Assembly: GCA_050294405.1 (NCBI GenBank) | Contig: JBNKOC010000012.1 | Coordinates: 256,001 to 320,000 of the forward strand | Length of the DNA: 64,000 nucleotides | Source: Fibrobacteria bacterium | GTDB lineage: Bacteria > Fibrobacterota > Fibrobacteria > UBA11236 > JADFYW01 | Reading direction: 5' to 3' | Part shown: positions 40,089 through 49,252 of the stretch, in pieces | Position numbering within the stretch: the stretch's first letter is position 1 | Layout: the number at the start of each line of letters is the position of its first letter | The notes under the pieces: generated by a model | What the model saw: the letters and a program-made list of their open reading frames with translations, nothing else | Databases searched by the model: none | Told to the model about the DNA's origin: nothing | Program-made: the position numbers and the translations under genes

Positions 40089-41453
40089 ATGACTGATACC
40101 ACCGCCATTGTGAATTTGAGCCTTGAAAGCTTTCAATTGAATGTTGAGAGCGTTATCATTTGGTTCATTTGCACTGTTCCTCCGATATTATTTTTAGGCT
40201 ATTACCTTAAAAATTTTAGAAAAAAAGTAAAAGTCCATAAGGCCAGGCATACCGAGGCTAAATTATTGGGCGCGGACAAGGCTCCGGCCATGTTTCCTCA
40301 ATTTGATTTATCCCTTTGCATTGGCTGCACCAGCTGCACCACGGTTTGTCCTATGGGAAAGGTCTTGGGGATGGTGGATGGCTTTCCCACTGTTATTAAT
40401 GGGGCTAAATGTATTGGGATAGCTAAATGTGCGGAAGCCTGTCCCGTAGGTGCCGTAACAATGGGGTTGGGAAACTTAAAAAAGCGAAACGATATACCTG
40501 TGATGGACGCCCACAATGAAACTTCCCTGTCCGGAGTATATATTGCAGGTGAATTGGGAGGGCAGGGGTTGATATTTAACGGAATAAACCAAGGGAAAAT
40601 GGTGGTAAATGCCATCCATCGAAAAATAAACGAAAATGAGGCCGAATCTGTTGGAGATGATGTATATGATATTGCCATCGTAGGGGCTGGCCCCGCTGGT
40701 ATCGGCGCTTCCACCATGGCTACCCAATTGCAGCTAAATTATGTCATGTTGGATATGCGAGGCTTAGGGGGAACTGTGGCCATGTATCCCAAACAAAAAC
40801 CCACTTTAATTGACAAAGTCGAAATTCCCGGTTACGGAACTCTGGATAAATATGAATATCCCAAAGAAGAATTGATGGAAATTTTTGAAAAAATCCACAA
40901 AGATCAAAATTTAAATTTACGCGTTGGATTTAAAATGGAGCGTTTGGAAAATCAGGGCGGGGTTTATGCCATTACTTCGGAAAAAGGGGATGTTGTCAAA
41001 GCCAAGTATGTGATACTGGCAATGGGGAGAAGCGGAACTCCCAGAAAACTTGGGGTTCTAGGAGAAGAATTGGAAAAAGTGGAGTATCGTTTAGCAGATC
41101 CTGAAGAACATAAAAATAAACATATAGTGGTGGTCGGAGGCGGGGACAGCGCCATTGAAGCCGCCATGGCCTTGGCATCTATAGATGGAAATAAGGTTCA
41201 GTTGTCTTATCGCAAAAACAAAATATTCAGAATTAAAGAATTAAATCAAACTAGATTAGAAGAAATGGTGAGTTCCAAGATGTTAGACTTGGTCTTGGAA
41301 TCTGAGGTTAAAGAAATTAAGGAAAAAGAAATTTACCTTAAGCACAAAGAGGAAGAAAAAGTATTTCCTAATGACGCAGTATTTATCTTTGCGGGAGGCG
41401 TTCCTCCATTTAAATTGCTAAGTAATATAGGCGTTAAATTTCATGGGACTTAA
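40089..41453 (+). CDS. Membrane-anchored 2x[4Fe-4S] ferredoxin + FAD/NAD(P)-binding (TrxB-fold) oxidoreductase
   Basis: N-terminal TM; CIGCTSCTTVCP and CIGIAKCAEACP; GAGPAG; GGGDSA. Confidence 0.88.
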   Translation: MTDTTAIVNLSLESFQLNVESVIIWFICTVPPILFLGYYLKNFRKKVKVHKARHTEAKLLGADKAPAMFPQFDLSLCIGCTSCTTVCPMGKVLGMVDGFPTVINGAKCIGIAKCAEACPVGAVTMGLGNLKKRNDIPVMDAHNETSLSGVYIAGELGGQGLIFNGINQGKMVVNAIHRKINENEAESVGDDVYDIAIVGAGPAGIGASTMATQLQLNYVMLDMRGLGGTVAMYPKQKPTLIDKVEIPGYGTLDKYEYPKEELMEIFEKIHKDQNLNLRVGFKMERLENQGGVYAITSEKGDVVKAKYVILAMGRSGTPRKLGVLGEELEKVEYRLADPEEHKNKHIVVVGGGDSAIEAAMALASIDGNKVQLSYRKNKIFRIKELNQTRLEEMVSSKMLDLVLESEVKEIKEKEIYLKHKEEEKVFPNDAVFIFAGGVPPFKLLSNIGVKFHGT

Positions 41454-41462
41454 ACCTGGAGG

Positions 41463-41798
41463 ATGGATATGGTAACCGAAGACAATACCAAAGCCATTAA
41501 AATTTTATCGGTGATAAAACCTATTCTTGAGTCCATTGTCAAAATTTCCGGTAAATCCATTAGCTGGGGAGAATCTGGAATTCCGACTTTGGAAGAAGTG
41601 GAAAGCTTACTCAGTAAAACTGTTGAAACACCAAACGAGCAAATTAAGCAGTATTATTCATTTTTATCTAATTTGAGGAACCAGACCTCCGATCAGGTAA
41701 AATGGGGAAAGGGAAATATCCCTGAGCTGGAATACATGGATAGTACTTTGGCTGGATTGTATTCTTATGTAAGTGAGTATGTATATCGATTTCATTAG
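41463..41798 (+). CDS. Hypothetical protein with internal duplication
   Basis: GGAGG RBS; WG-x3-IP-x-LE occurs twice. Confidence 0.65.
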   Translation: MDMVTEDNTKAIKILSVIKPILESIVKISGKSISWGESGIPTLEEVESLLSKTVETPNEQIKQYYSFLSNLRNQTSDQVKWGKGNIPELEYMDSTLAGLYSYVSEYVYRFH

Positions 41799-42020
41799 AT
41801 TTTATGTTTCCTTCTTAGGCGAATTTTTAAGTTCTAAATTTTGCGAATAGGAATGCTAAGCTCTCCCCAAGACGGATAAAATGCCTTCGCCGGATGGGAT
41901 AGCCGGTAAAAAACTTCTCGTATACTCGGGAGACCTTCCGTCAAAGTTTAAAAAAAGCCTTTTTTGGGTAAATTTGAGGGTTGATTGGCTGAAATGGAGG
42001 TTAATTGTTAAAATTGCTCT

Positions 42021-42917
42021 ATGACACAAACATCGGAAATTGGTTTTAAAGCCCTGACTTATAACCAGTTTTTAAAACAAAAATTTGGTGAACCGGTTTT
42101 GAAGATTCCTGTTAGCGGGGGGTTTACCTGTCCAAATATCAATGGAACAAAAGGAGTCGGCGGTTGCACCTATTGTGACAACCGTTCCTTCAGTCCAGTT
42201 GCCAATACCGTTCCCAATGTAAAGGGCCAATTAGAGTCGGGAATGGCCAGAGCTCCAAAAAGGTTTCAAAAATTTATGGCTTATTTTCAGCCTTATTCCA
42301 ATACTTTCGGTACCGTTGAAAAGCTAAAAAAGGTGTATGAGCCCGCTCTTGAATTTGAGAATGTGGTTGGTATTGCCATTGGCACCAGGCCGGATTGCTT
42401 CACAAATGAGATATATGATTATTTAAGCGATTTAAATTCCCGAACTTATTTAAGTGTGGAGCTTGGAGTGCAAACAATCCACGAGCAAACTTTAATAAAC
42501 ATCAATCGCTGCCAGATCCACCAGGACAGCGTTAATGCTTTTGCTGAATTAAAAAAAAGAAACATAGAAAGTGTAGCGCACATGATATTGGGTTTTCCCG
42601 GAGAGACAAGGGAAATGATTATGGAATCCGCTAAAGAAATCGCCAGGCTTCCTGTCGATGGTGTTAAGATACATCAGCTTATGGTGATAAAAGGCACTGT
42701 AATGGAAAAAATGTATCACAATGGTGAAGTACCTGTATATGAGGTGGAAGAGTATGCCGATGTATTGGAAGAGTTTATCAGCTACCTAAGACCAGACCAG
42801 GTGATTCACCGCTTGATGGCAGATTGTACTTTTGAAAATGGTTTAGTGGCTCCTGTTTGGAGCGCCAACAAAGGGCCGTCATATCAGGTCATCCAAAAGC
42901 GTCTGGGGTTAAATTGA
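42021..42917 (+). CDS. TIGR01212 family radical SAM protein (YhcC/YtqA-like)
   Basis: GFTCPN...GGCTYC, AYFQPYSNT, IGTRPDC, VELGVQT, IHRL. Confidence 0.92.
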   Translation: MTQTSEIGFKALTYNQFLKQKFGEPVLKIPVSGGFTCPNINGTKGVGGCTYCDNRSFSPVANTVPNVKGQLESGMARAPKRFQKFMAYFQPYSNTFGTVEKLKKVYEPALEFENVVGIAIGTRPDCFTNEIYDYLSDLNSRTYLSVELGVQTIHEQTLININRCQIHQDSVNAFAELKKRNIESVAHMILGFPGETREMIMESAKEIARLPVDGVKIHQLMVIKGTVMEKMYHNGEVPVYEVEEYADVLEEFISYLRPDQVIHRLMADCTFENGLVAPVWSANKGPSYQVIQKRLGLN

Positions 42918-43345
42918 TTTTAGGCGGCCATTTCTGTGTTGTCGCAAATCCATGAGACCTCGCAGTGCAAAAGCACAGCTTCGCCCTCCTGTCTTTTCTC
43001 CGCCTTGAACTGCCTGGCCTAAAATCAATTTAGCATTGGTAGGCAGCCATTTCTGTGTTGTCGCAAATCCATGAGACCTCGCAGTGCAAAAGCACAGCTT
43101 CGCCCTCCTGTCTTTTCTCCGCCTTGAACTGCCTGGCCTAAAATCAATTTAGCGTTGGTAGGCAGCCATTTCTGTGTTGTCGCAAATCCATGAGACCTCG
43201 CAGTGCAAAAGCACAGCTTCGCCCTCCTGTCTTTTCTCCGCCTTGAACTGCCTCGCTCAAAATCAATTTAGCATTGGTATGCGGCCATTTCTGTGTTGTC
43301 GGAAAATCCCCGACCTTTACCTACTTAAAGTACGCCATCGCCTTC
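42910..43345. repeat. Tandem array of 119-bp REP/MITE-like units (3 near-identical + 1 diverged)
   Basis: Units start at 42922, 43041, 43160 and 43279; first unit bounded by a 16-bp inverted repeat at 42910-42925 / 43017-43032. Confidence 0.92.
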
Positions 43346-43566
43346 CTGTATTCACTTCATCTTCATAGATAGATAAACTGGGCGTTTGCATGCAAATATT
43401 GGCGACTTTCGTCTGAAAATGTCAAAATGACATGGAAAATGGATGTAAAAACTTCAAATATTTCACATTTTTAAGAAAATAGGGGAAATGTCATTAATTG
43501 ATATTTAATTTGCATGTTTTGGCATTTAAATCTTGTTTCTCTTAAAAATTTCAAAAAGGAGTATTT

Positions 43567-44769
43567 ATGTCTGGATTTAAAATTACCCTGATGGCTGCCA
43601 TTTTGGGTTCTGGATTGGTTTTTTCGGAAACGGCAGGAGTCAATGTCAGTGGGCAAATTCGGGAACGTTCCATGATTCAAAAAAACACAGATGAAAATTC
43701 AGACAGCTATATTAGCCACCAGTTGAGATCGAGGGCTGCGATTTCTGCAAATCCTGCTGAAAAATTGGATCTCAGATTGGAAATCCAGGACAGCCGTACC
43801 ATGGGAACCGAACTTCCTGCAGGAGCTACAGCCCCCCATACTACAACCATTGGAAATTCCATGAATCTGGATTTACATCAGGCCTATGCAAACGTTGCAC
43901 TGGGACCTGTTTCCATAAAATTGGGTAGACAAAAACTCGCCTTAGGAAGTCAGCGTTTTATAAGCTCCCTGGAATGGCACCCCAATGCCAGGGTTTTTGA
44001 TGGCGCCAGTTCCGTATATAAAATGGGCGAAGCCGCTAGTCTAACAGCCTTAGCCCTATTGGTTAACGAAGCCAGTCCCACTGCTGCTGAAGGAAGCCAA
44101 AGCTTATATGGCTTACATTACGCCAGAAAGCTTTTGGATGTATTGAGGCTTGAAGTTTACGGGTTTTACGAATACTCCGATAATATGGCCGATGCCGGAT
44201 TTTCCAGCCTGGCAAACCTGGGGGCGCGCATACATGGTAAAGCCGGGGTGTTTCTGTACGAAGAAGAATTCCAGTATCAATTGGGAGAAGTGGGCAGTAC
44301 AGACAAATCTGCATTCTTTAACGCCACACGTTTGGGAGCTCAGTTCACTAACCAATTCAAGGCAAGTTTTGGTTTTGATATGATGAGCGGCTCCGATGAT
44401 GGAAGCATGGAAAACACTTACCTGGCCAAATACTTTTTTGCCCATGCTTATTTTGGTTGGATGGATTACTTTTTGGCGAATCCCGCCACTGGTTTAATGG
44501 ATTTTAGGGTAGATCTGGATTTGGCTCTTGGAGAAAAATTGGCTGTTAAATCTCAAAACCATTATTTTCTGCAGGCAGCCCCAATAGATCCTAACGACAA
44601 CGCCTATGGCTGGGAGATGGATTTAGAACTCCACGCTAAAATACTTCCCAAAGCGAACATCGTACTGGGAGCTGGATTGTTCATCCCGGAAGAAGGTATT
44701 CAAACCGTCGGTATGGCGGACGATGAAGCCTCTTTTCAGTTCTATTTTATGCCTATTTTTAATTTTTAG
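43567..44769 (+). CDS. Alginate-export-family outer-membrane porin
   Basis: GQIRER, EIQDSR, DLHQAY, LGRQKL, FDG, HAYFGWMDYF; terminal Phe. Confidence 0.82.
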   Translation: MSGFKITLMAAILGSGLVFSETAGVNVSGQIRERSMIQKNTDENSDSYISHQLRSRAAISANPAEKLDLRLEIQDSRTMGTELPAGATAPHTTTIGNSMNLDLHQAYANVALGPVSIKLGRQKLALGSQRFISSLEWHPNARVFDGASSVYKMGEAASLTALALLVNEASPTAAEGSQSLYGLHYARKLLDVLRLEVYGFYEYSDNMADAGFSSLANLGARIHGKAGVFLYEEEFQYQLGEVGSTDKSAFFNATRLGAQFTNQFKASFGFDMMSGSDDGSMENTYLAKYFFAHAYFGWMDYFLANPATGLMDFRVDLDLALGEKLAVKSQNHYFLQAAPIDPNDNAYGWEMDLELHAKILPKANIVLGAGLFIPEEGIQTVGMADDEASFQFYFMPIFNF

Positions 44770-44793
44770 GAGTTACTCATCAAATACGGCTCT

Positions 44794-44820
44794 AGCCGCT
44801 CAAATTGAGCGGCTTTTTTT
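44794..44820 (+). terminator. Rho-independent terminator
   Basis: AGCCGCTCAA-A-TTGAGCGGCT followed by a T-run. Confidence 0.85.
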
Positions 44821-44933
44821 GTGGGACAAAATGGCGAAAGAAATCCACGGGCTTCAAATTGAAATTTTTATAAAATAGGGGTAGATTTATACTAAGTCTC
44901 AATTTATGAAATAAAAAATTTCAAGTAGGTTTC

Positions 44934-45158
44934 ATGGAAAAAAATTTGGTTCAGTTAAACAAAGGCGAGTGGGCCATAATTGATTCTTTGAGAGGGGATG
45001 ATTTGTTAACCTTGCGCCTTAAAGAATCGGGATTTACGCCGGGCTCAAAAATTACCATGGTTCGCAAAACTCCTTTTGGAGATCCCATCCTATACGAAAT
45101 AAGAGGAACTCAAATTGCTCTGCGCAAAAAGGAAGCCGAATGCATTACTCTGAAGTAG
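44934..45158 (+). CDS. feoA: Ferrous iron transport protein A
   Basis: RLKESGFTPG, PFGDPI, IALRKKEA. Confidence 0.93.
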   Translation: MEKNLVQLNKGEWAIIDSLRGDDLLTLRLKESGFTPGSKITMVRKTPFGDPILYEIRGTQIALRKKEAECITLK

Positions 45159-47110
45159 AAGCCAAATTAGACAAGCAAAAAGAGTTAAGCGCCATCGCTC
45201 TTAAAAATGCAGTGGCAAGTTATGCTTTGGTGGGCCCTCCCAATAGTGGAAAAACCACTTTGTTCAATTTACTAACGGGAATGCAATATACCACCGCCAA
45301 TTATCCAGGGGCTACGGTAGAGTTTTGCACAGGCCCCTTGAAAGGTTTTGAAAATGTACAAGTGATAGACACACCAGGTGTAGGCAGCCTTTTGGCCTTT
45401 TCTCCTGAAGAAAAAGTGACAGTGGATTGTTTGCAGCAATTTAACCCGCAAAAGGTGATGGTAGTGGTGGATGCCAACCAATTGTCCCGGCACCTATATA
45501 TTGCCCATCAATTGCAGTTTATGGGTTACGATGTGCTTCTGGTGGTCACCATGCTGGATGTTGCCCGTAAAAAAGGAAAAGAACTGGATTTGGACAAGCT
45601 GTCCCAGTTTATGGAATGTGATGTTGTTGGCCTGGATCCCCGGCAAAAAGGGAACCGTCAACAGGTTCTGGAAAAGCTCAAACAAAAAAAAGAAGTAGCC
45701 TCTATTCACTCCAAAAGCCTGGAAGAACTCAGGCAAAATTACACCCACGATAGCATTCAAAAAATATACGAAGGCCTGGACGACATTGAAAAGCTGGTGA
45801 TTCGAAAGCAAGCCGAGCCCGAACTGGGAAGCTTTGTACTGGATAACATTTTCCTTCATCCGATAATGGGCATCGTTTCTTTTGCTTTGATAATGACTTT
45901 TATTTTCGCCTCCATATTTTGGTTTGCCCAGCCCTTTATGGACGGAATTGATGGCTTTTTTGGATGGGCCATCGAAGCCTCTAAAACAGTTTTGCCTTCC
46001 AACTGGTTTGGGGACTTTGTTAGTGATGGCTTAATTGCAGGCGTGGGAGCCGTGGCTGTGTTTTTGCCTCAGATTGTGATTTTGTTTTTGTTTATGGGCA
46101 TCTTGGAAGATTCGGGTTATTTAGCCAGGGGAGCTGCTATTATCGACAGGCCCTTATCTAAAATGGGTCTCAATGGAAAATCCTTTGTGCCCCTTTTGTC
46201 TGGCTATGCCTGCGCCATTCCGGCTATGATGGCCGCCCGCACTATTCGAAATCCCCTGGAAAGAAAATTAACATTGCTGGTGATTCCCTTAATGAGTTGC
46301 TCAGCCCGCCTTCCCGTTTATGTATTGCTAATTGGTTTTTTGATGCCTGCCGGGTCTGCTTTAATGGCGGGAGCCGCTTTGGCAGCCCTTTATTTTGGGG
46401 GTTTTTTAATGGGCGCTATTGTATCCACAATTTTAAGCCGTTTGGTGAAGCCCGATGTTAGTAGCAGTTTTATGCAGGAAATTCCACCCATTCGAAGGCC
46501 GGTGTTTAAAATTGTAGCGAAAACAACATACAACCGCGCCAAGGAATATGTAAAAAAAGCCGGACCCACTATTTTGTTAATATCAGCTCTGCTTTGGGTT
46601 TTCACCCATACTCCTGCCATAGGATTTGGGCAATCCCAAACATCAGCTCCCAAAGAAGAAAGCAGCGAATATGTTGCTATTAGCCAATCTTTGGCAGCCC
46701 AAATCGGCCAATGGATTGAGCCTGTGACCAAACCCCTTGGCCTGGATTGGCGTGGGGGAGTGGCTTTAATGAGCGGTTTTGCAGCTCGTGAGGTGTTTGT
46801 TTCCAGCATGGCCTTAATATATCGCCTGGATGATATGGAAGAAGAAGAGGGGGTTAATGAGCGCCTCATCAAGAAAATGAGAAGCATTACCTTTATCGGT
46901 ACGGACGAAAAAATATTTACCGTGTCCACGGTTCTGGGCATGATATTGTTTTATATGATTGCCTTGCAGTGCTTTCCTACGGTGGCGGTGGCCAAAAAGG
47001 AGTTTGGCTCTAAAAAGCTGGCCTTTTTACAATTGGCCGTATTTACCGGTGGCGCATACATACTCAGTATTTTTCTGGTACAGGGCCTGCGCCTAATGGG
47101 CATCGCCTGA
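45140..47110 (+). CDS. feoB: Ferrous iron transporter B
   Basis: GPPNSGKTT, NYPGATVE, DTPG, LEDSGYLAR, MSCSARLP. Confidence 0.96.
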   Translation: MHYSEVEAKLDKQKELSAIALKNAVASYALVGPPNSGKTTLFNLLTGMQYTTANYPGATVEFCTGPLKGFENVQVIDTPGVGSLLAFSPEEKVTVDCLQQFNPQKVMVVVDANQLSRHLYIAHQLQFMGYDVLLVVTMLDVARKKGKELDLDKLSQFMECDVVGLDPRQKGNRQQVLEKLKQKKEVASIHSKSLEELRQNYTHDSIQKIYEGLDDIEKLVIRKQAEPELGSFVLDNIFLHPIMGIVSFALIMTFIFASIFWFAQPFMDGIDGFFGWAIEASKTVLPSNWFGDFVSDGLIAGVGAVAVFLPQIVILFLFMGILEDSGYLARGAAIIDRPLSKMGLNGKSFVPLLSGYACAIPAMMAARTIRNPLERKLTLLVIPLMSCSARLPVYVLLIGFLMPAGSALMAGAALAALYFGGFLMGAIVSTILSRLVKPDVSSSFMQEIPPIRRPVFKIVAKTTYNRAKEYVKKAGPTILLISALLWVFTHTPAIGFGQSQTSAPKEESSEYVAISQSLAAQIGQWIEPVTKPLGLDWRGGVALMSGFAAREVFVSSMALIYRLDDMEEEEGVNERLIKKMRSITFIGTDEKIFTVSTVLGMILFYMIALQCFPTVAVAKKEFGSKKLAFLQLAVFTGGAYILSIFLVQGLRLMGIA

Positions 47111-47878
47111 TTAATAAACCTGGCACTCTGTTACGGGAGGTTGGGTATCAAGCCAGCTTTTTCCGTTGAACCAATAGAAGCCCACGGTTTTTGAATGATA
47201 CATATCCGGTCGGGCGAACACTTTAAAATCCTTTACATCCTGTTTCAGCGAATGGACAGCGCCCCAATAGTTTTCTTTTGAGATCTGCAGTTTTTCGTTT
47301 TCCAATCTGCCTCCGCGCCCGGCTGGCACAAACTGATATAAGTGCCAGGCATGTATGTTGTGATATTGGCTTTGGTATTGGACTAAAAAATCTTTTAAAC
47401 CCTGCAAATAATTTAAATTCACTTTGGTTAATACAGTGGAGATGCTTACTTCTTTTCGCGATTCAGCCAGGTTTTTTAAAGCTTGCTTTATGATGCTGCA
47501 ATGCCGCTTTTTATATTGGCGAAGGGCGTTGTGAATCCCGTCTTCCACGGACTCCAGTGGCAACACATATCGCTTAACCGATTCTTCGAATTGAAAACCC
47601 TTGGGCAGCTCAATGCCATTAGTGCCGATTTGTATGTGGAACCCCATGTTAGTTGCCACTTGGGAAAGTTTTAATACATTGTGGGGCCAATAAAAGGGCT
47701 CTCCCCCTCCTAAAACAAGATTTTGAATATTTTTTGATTTGAGTTGTTCCAGCAAATCAAGGGCGTCTTCCCAACTGGCTTTGTGAAGGGAATTTTCTGT
47801 AATGCAAAAAGAACAATGCATATTGCATTGGGGTTGTAACATCACTACAGCAAATTGAGCAAGGCCAGAATTTTTCAC
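47111..47878 (-). CDS. Radical SAM protein, short, no obvious SPASM domain
   Basis: CNMHCSFC, GGGEP, TNG. Confidence 0.88.
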   Translation of the reverse strand: MKNSGLAQFAVVMLQPQCNMHCSFCITENSLHKASWEDALDLLEQLKSKNIQNLVLGGGEPFYWPHNVLKLSQVATNMGFHIQIGTNGIELPKGFQFEESVKRYVLPLESVEDGIHNALRQYKKRHCSIIKQALKNLAESRKEVSISTVLTKVNLNYLQGLKDFLVQYQSQYHNIHAWHLYQFVPAGRGGRLENEKLQISKENYWGAVHSLKQDVKDFKVFARPDMYHSKTVGFYWFNGKSWLDTQPPVTECQVY

Positions 47879-47899
47879 ACAGCGCCCCTTTTTTAAAGG

Positions 47900-49087
47900 T
47901 TACTGCATATGGGAGGGAATTTCCACTGTTTTCGGCAGGTATATTTTGGCCCAGATTCCAATGGAAATTAAAACGCAAAGGGCGGAAACGCCCAAGTGCA
48001 TCTCATAACTTTTCACAAAAAAACAGGATACTCTGGTGCTCATACCCAGCATAAAGAAAAAGCCAAAAGAAAATATGGCCCTGGGGTATTTTTTAATGAG
48101 GCCGCTGTCATTGGCGTGGCCCGATAAAATTTTAGCCCCTATGCTAAATGTGATTAGAAAAATTCCCGATATGTATAGGATGTGATCCCAGCTTATGTAT
48201 TCCACGGGATAAATGAAAATGGCCAATTGGCTTAGAGGGATACACCACAGGGCAGTCCAGCCCCATTTTAAAATTTGCGGTAATTGGGCTGGCCATCGAA
48301 AAGCCATAAATAATTCTGAATACAGATAAAAAATTAGGGCTAATCGAAGGGACGCAGCCAACCGGTAAGAAAGGGCCAAGGGGGAAATAAAGGATTCTAT
48401 GAGATAGCTGGTACAAAACAAAATTCCCAATGCCACAAATTTAAAACCGGAACTTTTTTTACGGGATTTTAGCTTTTCCAAATACAGGGCCACATAGTCA
48501 GGGGAAAGAAACATTTTGGGAATTAAAAAAGAGCCCACACTTAAAAAAATAAGGAAGATAAAACCCTGATTTTGAAAACGGCTGGCAAATCGTTCCAGAG
48601 CCGAGGGGACAGAAATATGTAGTTCATATAAAATTCGAATTAAGCTGGTAGCGATATTACAGAAAAAAGCCAGGTGGAGCATATAAAACTCTTTGGGAAA
48701 GGAAACGGCGACTTCGGCTTTGCGGGCGTAAAAAAAATAGCACAGAAGTAAAAGGCAAACACCATAGCTGATTTCAAGAATAAGGGGTAAAACCCATAAA
48801 GAGGCGATAAAATTGAGAGTAAAACAAAGGGTGAATAGAAAAAATTCCCATTTTTTAAGAGGGCTCAAATGGAGCAGTTTGGGAAGAAGCGTAAGTAGAA
48901 TTCCAAACACAAATAGGGGCATAATGGTGCGCATTTGAAGACTCACGTGGGGGTAATAGGGGTAGCCCCATTGGGGAAATAGCCAGTAAACGGTCCATAC
49001 TCCCAGACCAAACAGGCTAAAGCCAAGGGCAAGGGGAACCCAAACCCGGTATGGTTCCTTTAAAATAGCTGTCATTTTCTTTTTCAT
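47900..49087 (-). CDS. nnrS: NnrS family membrane protein
   Basis: EPYR N-terminus, conserved His residues (YPH, WDH, GH), G.LLT..P motif, many TM helices. Confidence 0.65.
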   Translation of the reverse strand: MKKKMTAILKEPYRVWVPLALGFSLFGLGVWTVYWLFPQWGYPYYPHVSLQMRTIMPLFVFGILLTLLPKLLHLSPLKKWEFFLFTLCFTLNFIASLWVLPLILEISYGVCLLLLCYFFYARKAEVAVSFPKEFYMLHLAFFCNIATSLIRILYELHISVPSALERFASRFQNQGFIFLIFLSVGSFLIPKMFLSPDYVALYLEKLKSRKKSSGFKFVALGILFCTSYLIESFISPLALSYRLAASLRLALIFYLYSELFMAFRWPAQLPQILKWGWTALWCIPLSQLAIFIYPVEYISWDHILYISGIFLITFSIGAKILSGHANDSGLIKKYPRAIFSFGFFFMLGMSTRVSCFFVKSYEMHLGVSALCVLISIGIWAKIYLPKTVEIPSHMQ

Positions 49088-49252
49088 GGAATTTCTATTT
49101 TGCAAAAATAACAAGGGAAAGGTAGATTGAATTCAGGTTTTTTTAAGGTTTTTGAAAATAATGTTGCTTGTCAATATGGCAGAATAATGTCTATCTGACA
49201 AAGAGATTCTCCCCGAAAAATGTTTTAAATTATATAGAGAAGGAAGTTATTC

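Noticed and set aside
41871..41942. tRNA gene
   Set aside because: tRNA-sized, but only two internal arms and no T-loop or CCA signature
42922..43345. CRISPR array
   Set aside because: Units are near-identical over their whole length with no unique spacers, and there are no cas genes in the window
43174..43368. 64-aa ORF within the tandem array
   Set aside because: A by-product of the 119-bp repeat, whose period is not divisible by 3; no RBS
43499..43540. Sigma54 promoter before the porin (similarly TGGCGC near 60945)
   Set aside because: The invariant GG is missing or the GG-to-GC spacing is wrong
44882..44906. Fur-like box upstream of feoA
   Set aside because: Only a partial, AT-rich palindrome; plausible but not supportable from this sequence alone
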